A stretch of 33,893 nucleotides of DNA, from contig NW_003526941.1 of the NCBI RefSeq assembly GCF_000181795.1, positions 3,393,214 through 3,427,106 on the forward strand. The letters are read 5' to 3'. Positions 25,570-33,893 of this stretch are shown piece by piece. Position numbers and translations under genes: made by a program. A model generated the notes under the pieces. It made no database searches. It saw only the letters and a program-made list of their open reading frames with translations, and was not told the origin of the DNA. Every line of letters starts with the position of its first letter. Position 1 is the stretch's first letter. Source of the stretch: Trichinella spiralis (lineage: Eukaryota).

Positions 25570-27746
25570 TGTTGTACGGGAAATTGAAGAAGCTTTGCAA
25601 TTTTTTTCGTTTAAGAATGGTCGACTGGAAATTTGCTGCTGCGTTCGTGTCGAGCCTTCTGACGACGTGTCGGATGGTTTTCTCCACTCTATCATTCGCC
25701 AGTATTATTCGCCCTGCTTGTTGTGGAAGCCGATGCGTGTACTTGTGCTGGTGATATTTTCGGCGTGGTTTTTCAGTTCAGTAGCAGTTATTGACAAAAT
25801 TGAACTTGGTTTGGACGAGAAACTTTCCATGCCAGAGGTGAAGGAAGCGTTTGTTTTTGCTGCTGCTGCTGCTTGCTGCATACCATCTTTCCCTCTCAGA
25901 AGAGGAATGTTTTTTTTTATTGTTTCATTTTTAGGATTCGTACATGTTGAGTTATTTCAAGTCGATGAATCAATATTTGGCCGTTGGACCTCCAGTATAT
26001 TTTGTGCTGAAAGGCGACTTCAACTATGCTGATGTGGGGATGCAAAATCAGATTTGCGGCAGTGCAGGCTGCAATGAAAATTCTCTCTATGGACAGTTGT
26101 TTCGCGCAGCTACTTATTCCAACAGATCATACATAGCTGCTCCTGTGACCAGCTGGCTGGACGACTATTTCGACTGGCTCCGACCATTGGGCAGTCCGCC
26201 GTGTTGTCGTCTATTTTCCGAAAATCACACATTCTGTCCGGCGACCTGTATGTTGGGCGTTTTTTCTTTGGTTGCTTTAAATCGGTTGATTATGTTTTAT
26301 TTGTTTCGAAATTTTTAGTCGAAACTGCTGAGCCTGAAATTTGTCATTCCTGCGTTTCATCTTATACCAGCGGTCGGCCGGCGCCGGATGCATTTTCCAC
26401 ATTTCTCCCGCTTTTCCTTTTCGACAATCCTACAGTCAGTTGTTCCAAGGGGTAAGCGTTTTTCAAATGTGCTTTTTGCTGTTGCTTTGTTTGAAATTGG
26501 GCAACAGCCACGTATGCTGTATTGTATTGTATTGTATTGTATCGGTTTTCTTTGCTTTGTACAAACAGAGGACATGCGGCGTATGCGAAATCTGTTCGCT
26601 TGAACGGTTCTCGTGTTGTCAGTTCAAATTTCATGACTTATCACACTGTGCTCAGAACATCTGACGATTTCATTCAAGCGTTGCGCAATTCTCGAGCAAT
26701 TGCAGCCAACATTACCAAAGCTATTAACAAAAATATCCACAACTCCAGCAATAGGATCGAAGTATTTCCATACAGGTGGGCAAATTGTGAATTAATTATG
26801 AAAAATACCTTCATAATAATTATTTTATTCATTGCAGTGTATATTATGTCTTCTATGAGCAATACTTGACGCTTGTTTGGGATGCAACTATGCAGCTGAT
26901 TTTTTCTATTGCTTCCATATTTTTCGTCAGTGCGTTATTGCTTGGTTTAGATTTCTGGTCTGCATTTGCCATCTGCTTGACCATATCGATGATAGTTATA
27001 AATTTGATGGGTTTGATGTACTGGTGGAAAATTTCGTTCAATGCAGTTTCCTTGGTTAATTTAGTTATGGTAAGTTCAGTTCAATAATACTTACTTGGGC
27101 ATATTTATTTTTGAAAAAAAAAGTTGAAAAACAAAACCCAAAGCAATTAATAATTGTCTGTCATTTTCAGGCTGTTGGAATATCCGTTGAATTCTGTGCT
27201 CATATAACGCGAGCATTTTCGACGAGCATTCGTCTTACTAGAGTGGAACGTGCTAAAGAGGCCTTGGAAAATGTCGGATATTCTGTGAGATTTGAGATCT
27301 TTGTAGATGATTATCCTGTAGTCTTGTTTTCTTTAATCTGTTGTGTGCTTGCAGGTGCTCAGCGGAATCACGCTCACGAAATTTGGCGGCATTGTTGTTC
27401 TGGCGTTCAGTCATTCGCAAATTTTCCAAGTGTTTTATTTTCGAATGTACTTGGGCATTGTTTTATTCGGTGCGGCACATGGGCTTATCTTTTTGCCAGT
27501 TTTTCTCAGCTTTGCCGGTAATGAATGCTATTCCATTTCTACTTTTGCATTGGGTGTTATTGAAATGTTTTCCTAGGACCACCTTTGAATAAGTTGAAAA
27601 TTCATCAGAAACAATGCCAGGATATGTTTGGTGTACGCAAAGGAGGACATCACGCAATTGGAAACTCGTCGCTGGCATCATCCAGCGGAAGTTTCGGTCA
27701 AGATTTTGTATCATCAGTGAATGCACACCCATTTTTGCAAAATTAA
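20400..27746 (+). CDS. NPC1: Niemann-Pick C1 (NPC1/NCR-type) sterol transporter, ~1330 aa, 20 exons: 20400-20637, 20691-21008, 22891-23151, 23216-23654, 23752-23878, 24010-24236, 24290-24390, 24463-24562, 24633-24834, 24916-25098, 25159-25273, 25337-25464, 25616-25837, 25935-26247, 26319-26451, 26569-26775, 26838-27069, 27171-27284, 27355-27517, 27577-27746
   Basis: All 19 introns are GT-AG with matching phases; the spliced CDS is 3993 nt. Signal peptide is followed by the Cys-rich N-terminal domain ([34 protein letters not shown]). Further motifs: TDPVQIWS...FDPFYRIEQ, sterol-sensing domain ([17 protein letters not shown]), [40 protein letters not shown]. The start codon (several nearby ATGs) and the intron-1 acceptor (20678 or 20690) are ambiguous. 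Confidence 0.97.
23658..23701. repeat. (TA)n microsatellite in NPC1 intron 4
   Basis: Directly visible, immediately after the donor at 23655. Confidence 0.96.
25504..25569. repeat. (AAT)22 microsatellite in NPC1 intron 12
   Basis: Directly visible; it explains the poly-N, poly-I and poly-Y ORF-track translations. Confidence 0.97.
26519..26541. repeat. (GTATT)n pentanucleotide repeat in NPC1 intron 15
   Basis: gtattgtattgtattgtattgta visible. Confidence 0.88.
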
Positions 27747-28186
27747 TCATTTTCGCCTATTATTTATTGTCTGCATTGCTACAGTCTATTAGTGTTATCG
27801 CTTATTATATTCATATGCCCTTGTATTCAGATTCATGCAGTCGCAGTTTGTTAATGCTACCCCAGAGTTGAGTTTCTGCTCAGAAACACTCTGGTGTTTG
27901 CTTTTATATTTCCATTTGTCACCGTATGCGTGTAAAATTGCGCGTACGCAGATTCATTTACACGTACATATGCAATGTTTTTAAAGTTGTGACGCTCACA
28001 CAATGGTCATGCAGTGGTTAATCTGAATGATCACACAGTGGTGGATGGAAGAAAAACACAGCATATGGAATTTCCATTATTCAATCATTTTTAGGCAATA
28101 CTGAGAATATTTTATTTCTGTTTAATTTTGAACAATGAAAGCAATAATGATAAAAACTTTATTTCACATTATTTTCAATTTAGTTT

Positions 28187-29940
28187 CTATTGTTCATTTT
28201 GATTTCTTTTTTTGTTCAGTCGGTATTCAGCAATCATTGATGGCATGCTGCTCACTTTGTGCCACTGAGCGAGAAATTTTCCTGCACTTAAGTCAGCTTT
28301 TGTGGATTCTACATTTGTAACGGTCTTCGGTTTCCACAGGTAGACTAGTGTAGTTGGGGAAAAATAAATCGGCGCTTGGATGTGTCCAAGTTCATGATCA
28401 TTGCGAATATCCACTTTGCTGCAGCACAGTTGATGACCCATCACAGGAACGGCTGAAAGTGGAACTAATTTTACAATTGTGAAACTCTTAGAAGCTTTAC
28501 TTTTACGTAATGCGTTGTAGTGGCTAATGAGTGGCTCTATGATTTTCATGCACTCGATGTTCGAGCAAGAGTTAGGCTGACTGTTCAAACTAGATTTGAA
28601 AAAGCAAAAGCGAGATTTCACCGGTACAAGACCAATTGTAATTGGTACTGCAGTAGTGTATGGTATTTTTTCGATGGACACTTGGAACAGAAGTTCATAA
28701 TGGATTTGGACAATAGTGCACATTTTGCGATCAACTGTCGGTATGGTCGTCGGAATTTCTAAAGCATCCCAATCACAGTTGATATTCATTTTCCATTTGT
28801 CCATTCTTTCATTCTAAAAGTCACTAGAGTATAATTTGTAAAATTATATTTTGAATTTTTAACTTTTTATTCATTCAGAGAACGCTTAATGTGAACAAAA
28901 AAGTTAATAATTGTTGTATCTTTTTCAAGTATAGTACATGTATGTGAAAGCATTTCTGAAAATCATGATGAAGCTAATGCAAAAATATTTTGATGACTAC
29001 AAACTAAATCTCATTACCGTATTTCAGTTTACCTGAAAATCCAATTCTTCATTACCGTTATCTACGTGTCATTCGAAGTGAAAATTTAATAACAGAAACT
29101 ACCACTGCCATGCTTGCAATTGAGATGCAAAGTGATAGAAGCAAACATTGCACATTCTAACCATTGTATACTGCACAATACTACTCTACTCACTTGAAGT
29201 AGAAGCTTGCGTTCTTCCCATTGCTTTACTTCATTACTTTTTGGATTTTTTCCACGACAGACAATGTTTTGCATAAGTTGAACGCAGGTAACATTCAGTT
29301 TGTCTTTTTTGCTTGCATGCCAGATGTGAAATTTACAGCGAACCATTTCGCCAGGCACAAATTTCGTATTCGGTAATTCTAGTCGACATATGACAAGATG
29401 CTTTCCTTTTGAATGTATTAATTCGGTAGAATAGCTCGTTGGGTTTGAGTTTACTAATTCAGATTCGATGGAAATATTGAAATCAATTCCATTCAGTATT
29501 GTAAACAATTGTTTGTCCATTATAAGAACCGAATCATCTTTCGTAAGAAGAGCTTTGCAATAATAACGAATACTTCCATATTTACTTTCAAAACTGTTCG
29601 GACAGTCGGCAGGAAGATGAAATTCAAATGGAAATTTGTGGATACCAGCATCAAGAAAGGAAGAATTGACATTTGTGAAATTTTTATTTTTTTTTAAAAG
29701 CATTTGATCAAGGTGAAAGTATTCTTCATTATCAGTGAAGACACTGTAGGTTAAACGTTGCTTGATGCCGGTGCATTTGGACTCCGCTTTACGCGTGAAT
29801 GCGAATCCGTGACAAATGATCCGTAGAGAATCTATGGAAAGTTCACTGCTCAAATAAAGTATAACATTACCAGAAACTGTTTTTCCACTAAAATACGCTG
29901 GCGGATTGTGAAAATATTCTATACGAAGTGACACTGCCAT
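28187..29940 (-). CDS. Arrestin domain-containing protein (alpha-arrestin), ~457 aa; exons 29940-29194 and 28813-28187
   Basis: Arrestin_N motifs: YFSGKTVSGNV, EEYF, LDAGIHKFPFEFHLP..CPNSFESKYGSIRYYCKA. Arrestin_C motifs: FVPGE, LEIP...PT, IVQIHYEL, VPITIG. The intron CAA|gtgagt...ttttag|AAT is phase 0 and the spliced CDS is 1374 nt. Confidence 0.92.
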
Positions 29941-30424
29941 TTGAAATGATTTGACTGTTTTTCAAATAAATGAAACCAAGCGAGAGAATTTGCCGTTTAC
30001 TATTTTCACTCCTTCAAACAATGAATCATTTTTGTCGTTTTTCCACATTACTGCCATTTATCCATTGAATCATCGCTTACACATGCTTGCGCAGAAACGT
30101 TTACTTGCACATTTGACGTTATTACTTTTTTATTATTTTGTTTATCAGAGTATTTTCAGAAATTGCACAAGTATTATAAAGTTTATTACCAACTGTACCT
30201 GTGTGTATTTTATAACGAGCTGAGGGACAGTTTCAATATTTGAACTGAAATTCTTGCAGTCTACTCTGCACTGAAGTAAATTGGTTGTGTGCATTTTAAC
30301 GTTCATAACGTTTACTGTTAGTGGAAATGTGTTGACGTTTTGAGTAATGCTTCTCTCATTTCACGCGTCACCGCTTGTACAATTACTTCCACTTACTTAT
30401 TGCATAACTAAATTACAGAATAAA

Positions 30425-30900
30425 GAAATAAAGAATAAACAAGGTTTTTTATTTAAATGGAATTTGCAGATTTGGGAATAGCTCTACAATTTACGTTATA
30501 GTTTACATTTTTATCAGTTTTTATATTGTTGAGATACTTGTTAATTTTAGTTTGAAATTACGAGCAGTTGCTAAAGTTCATCACAAGCGATGGTCTGATG
30601 CTGCTTTCTGCTATCTTAGCAGAGGAAACGTAACCTCTGAAGACCAATATTCAATTGTGACAAATCTGATTGATTAATTTGTTATAGAAACTGTTATTCG
30701 ATTAACGCTTTTTAGAAGCTGTGCGAGAATGTACAAGGTCTTCGCCATGGCAAAAATATCGTGTCACTGACGTAACGTCATGTTATCAAGTGTCACAAGT
30801 AAGTTGATATTATTCTGCATATGCTACGTTTTAGCTGCCAGCCAGTTTTGCATTATACAATAGACTGTACAATTGATGACAATCAAAAAAGAAGTTTTCT
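30425..30900 (+). pseudogene. Repeat block A, right copy: decayed spliced-gene fragment (exon-like 30551-~30656 and 30716-~30798), homolog of 1179-1635
   Basis: ttttag|T TTG... gives LKLRAVAKVHHKRWSDAAFCYLSRGNVTSEDQYSI. Then ttttag|KLCENVQGLRHGKNIVSLT*RHVIKCH followed by gtaag. It aligns to the left copy at both nucleotide and peptide level and contains an in-frame TAA. Confidence 0.6.
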
Positions 30901-33508
30901 ACCCACCAGAAGCAGCATGGTTACGCTTGATTCGGTTGCAGTTGAGATTGCGCAACCGGTGATTCGATGACAGTGCAATTCTGCATTACACTATAAATGC
31001 TGACATATAAGATTGGGTAATCAGTGTGTTGTGTCCTGGAGGTGATTTATTTAAAGCAACTCGAAGATGGAGAGATGAAAATCACGATCCAACATAGAGC
31101 ATCAATATTCCAGCCAATAGACAAGGGAGAGTGTGAACACTTCTGGGCTGTTCAGCAGCATGTGGCGCGCATAATTTCAAGCAGGAAACAGGTATAGCCA
31201 AGGCTCTACAGCTGAGGATCATTAAAATTTAATAAAATGTGAAAAGTCAAAAAAGACACTGACAACAGAGTAGATAAATCTGGGCATTGGTCAATTGAGG
31301 TGAGTAAATATTGGAATGGATTTAATTTTCAACTTCCTATTTTACCTTTATCTTTTCTCTTTTGTTCTTTCGCTTCTTTCTTCCTGTTCGCATTCTTCCT
31401 TTTTCCTTTCATCTTGTCGGATGCGTTTTTCTAACCAAGCAATACGCTTTTCATTTGTAGCTATTAGTTAATCCAAAGTGAAAATTTGCTACTGAGCCAG
31501 TGCAGTTGGCGTAAGTCTGACGGATTCTTTGACGCTTGTTCTCATCATCGGTCTTCTATGCAGACGTGTAAATGTGACAACGAAAACATTCTTCAAAATT
31601 TATTAGTATTGTTCATTAAAGTTGTGTGCGCGATGGACACACAGTATGTACACATCCAAATTCACATTTCCTTATGTACGTTCTATAAAATCTAAAAAAA
31701 TAGCTTCGCTGCTTTTTTGGAATTATAGCATACTCTGCGTTCAAGTACTATCGATGTGCAGGATAGCAGGTTCTGTTCAACAGCAGCAATTTAACTTTCA
31801 AAGTTAATATCCGCAAATCTTAAAACATCTATGCTAAGATTGATTAAAATTGCAATATAACACTACAAGTAAAATGGATTCACAATAATGAAGATCAGAA
31901 GGTCTACTACCAGCCACCATAAAATTTAAGTACACGCTCTTAAAGTAATTTATATACATTTTATAATATTTTATTAGTGCAGTAGCTTTTGGCATTCAGT
32001 GAATATTTCCATTCTGTTTATATCGTTACGCTATTACGAAGTACAAATTAAGTCCATCAACCAAAAGCAGTGTGTTGTCCTACTAACATGAACTTGAACT
32101 CGAATAATTATTCTGAATGTCATCTTCATCATTATTCAGTATATCAGTGTGGAGGACATCAGTCAAGACGCATATTCAATTCGACTCTGCAGTATCATCT
32201 ACAATTCCAAAGTAAGTTATTTTATACCACTGTGATCATGTTCTAAGTATGTACGAGTTCAACTGTATGTAAGGTAAAAAATAATGTATATATTATTTTC
32301 CTTAGCCAATGTGCAGATCAGCTCAGTGGATGCTTGGATAGTAATTTAAATTAATCAATTATCCACATTTATATACAATTCATACAAGTAGATAAAAAAT
32401 CTGCTGTAATTCTATTTCATAAAAATACTTGAAGAAGAAAATCTCTTATATTGTATTACATGAGAAATCAAGACTTATGATTTTCAACAGACGTTACTTG
32501 TACACGATCATTCATCAATGAAATTGTTGAAATAAAACTTCTAAATTTGTCAGATTCTGTGTCACATGAAAAGTAAGCAAGAACAATTCTCAAATGGTAC
32601 AGCAACTGTTTATAAAATGTGGCATCTGAAAATTATCTTCATACGCATAAATTCGGGATAGTCATATCATACAAATGCAAGAAAATTATATAAGTAGGCA
32701 CATAGATAAAATATTATAAATGCAAGAATGTATTGTACAACGTATACAGCTCAACGAATTCCCATTAACAACCAGTTGACCATTCCATGACAAAATACAT
32801 AAAACAGTGCGACAGAAATATGACTTGGCTAGAAGAAAAAATAGCAAAATCGCATGTAAATAGCAATCGAGATGAATAATTTTTTGACATATCTACTGAT
32901 ACGCACAACACAGAGATAGGCTCGCCGCTAGGGAATTGCAATGTATTATTAAAATCTTTCTTCATTTTCAGAAACAATATTGTACAATCATTTATTACAG
33001 AAACTAACGATTAAACGCAATTGGCTATTTAATGAGATATTTTGCAAAATGCCATGATAGAAGCGGTGTCATTTGCAGAAGGAAATATTGCAATATTACA
33101 TGAAAACTGCAATTCATTTTGTTCATTTTAATTAATTCTCATGTCGATATTGCCTGCAATGAATGAAATTGCGTAATTAAAATTCTTTAAATTTGAAGTT
33201 TTCTGTATTACAAAAATGAATTTCAGGTACAAATGCTATTAGGATCACGAACATTGCTTGGAGAAAATAAGTCGTACTTTTTGTATAAATATTTATAAAA
33301 TGGAATTATATTCCATATTATTAAAAGCGCGGATTTTATTGCGCTTCTTGTTGCTCCCACTAAAATCGTATCAGCATGCAATATTTTTGGCAATATCTCG
33401 GCAAATACGCATTCATAAAACGTAAGACTAGGTTTGTAGTGATTATCTTATTTTTTCTGATCATTTGAAATCATTTTCTCAAAAATTTCAAATTTTCGCC
33501 TTTCAAAA

Positions 33509-33530
33509 AAGCAAGGCTATAGCCTTGCTT
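33509..33530. repeat. Perfect 22-bp palindrome AAGCAAGGCTATAGCCTTGCTT
   Basis: The sequence equals its own reverse complement; it lies at the inner edge of repeat block B. Confidence 0.95.
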
Positions 33531-33885
33531 GTTTTTGCGATTTTCGAAAGTAGGCTTTTTTCCAAAATTTCGCTCTTTTTGTTATAAATTGCTAAATTCT
33601 GAAAAATTAATAGGTTTTGGAAAGTTTCACGGCAGACAAACGCGTACGTGTCGAATAAATGGCTTCTAAAGTTGCCATGTTCCTATCTTAATACACAGGA
33701 AGGCAGCCGAAGTGAAACTTTCTTGAAACCGATCCAGGATGGCTGAATTTTGGTGTAGAATTTTTTTTCGACATGATAATGAGGTATTCGTTGAAATTTG
33801 CAAGTCTTGTGCAATATTTCTTTGTTTTGGCAACCCGATTTTCCTTCATTTTCGGTCCGTTTCGAAAAATTGATAAAAGTTGTTT
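33529..33885 (+). repeat. Interspersed repeat block B, right copy (homolog of 623-980); probably truncated by the window edge
   Basis: Collinear alignment over ~350 bp with the reverse complement of 623-980. Confidence 0.85.
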
Positions 33886-33893
33886 GAATACGG

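Noticed and set aside
25411..25695. Poly-Asn, poly-Ile and poly-Tyr ORFs
   Set aside because: All derive from the intronic (AAT)22 repeat.
31029..31052. LCPGGDLF peptide resembling a protein-kinase hinge
   Set aside because: Flanked by stops, and no other kinase motifs (HRD, DFG, APE) were found nearby.
1..33893. Prokaryotic-type systems (CRISPR, operons, defence islands) and a functional GPCR-arrestin-NPC1 cluster
   Set aside because: The DNA is spliced and eukaryotic, with no repeat-spacer array. The genes are in mixed orientations, the arrestin is alpha-type, and adjacency alone does not support a shared pathway.

Overview
AT-rich eukaryotic genomic DNA with short GT-AG introns and many microsatellites. 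Gene content and intron style suggest a nematode, possibly Trichinella-like (inference only). Five protein-coding genes can be built by hand with consistent splice phases. (1) An intronless class A GPCR (2106-3332, -) with Glu at 3.32 and no NPxxY. (2) A 6-exon secreted PAN/apple-domain trypsin-family serine protease (10324-12436, -). (3) A 4-coding-exon CX-module-like single-pass membrane protein (13311-16214, -) that the ORF track splits into unrelated pieces. (4) A 20-exon Niemann-Pick C1 sterol transporter (20400-27746, +). (5) A 2-exon alpha-arrestin (28187-29940, -). The most unusual feature is that the two ends of the window are diverged inverted copies of each other: ~623-980 matches ~33529-33885 and ~1179-1635 matches ~30425-30900, in collinear order. 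The inner block keeps a decayed exon-intron-exon structure from an unidentified gene, so the five-gene block lies between two opposite-facing relics of one long, gene-carrying repeat. No rRNA, tRNA or CRISPR array was recognised.
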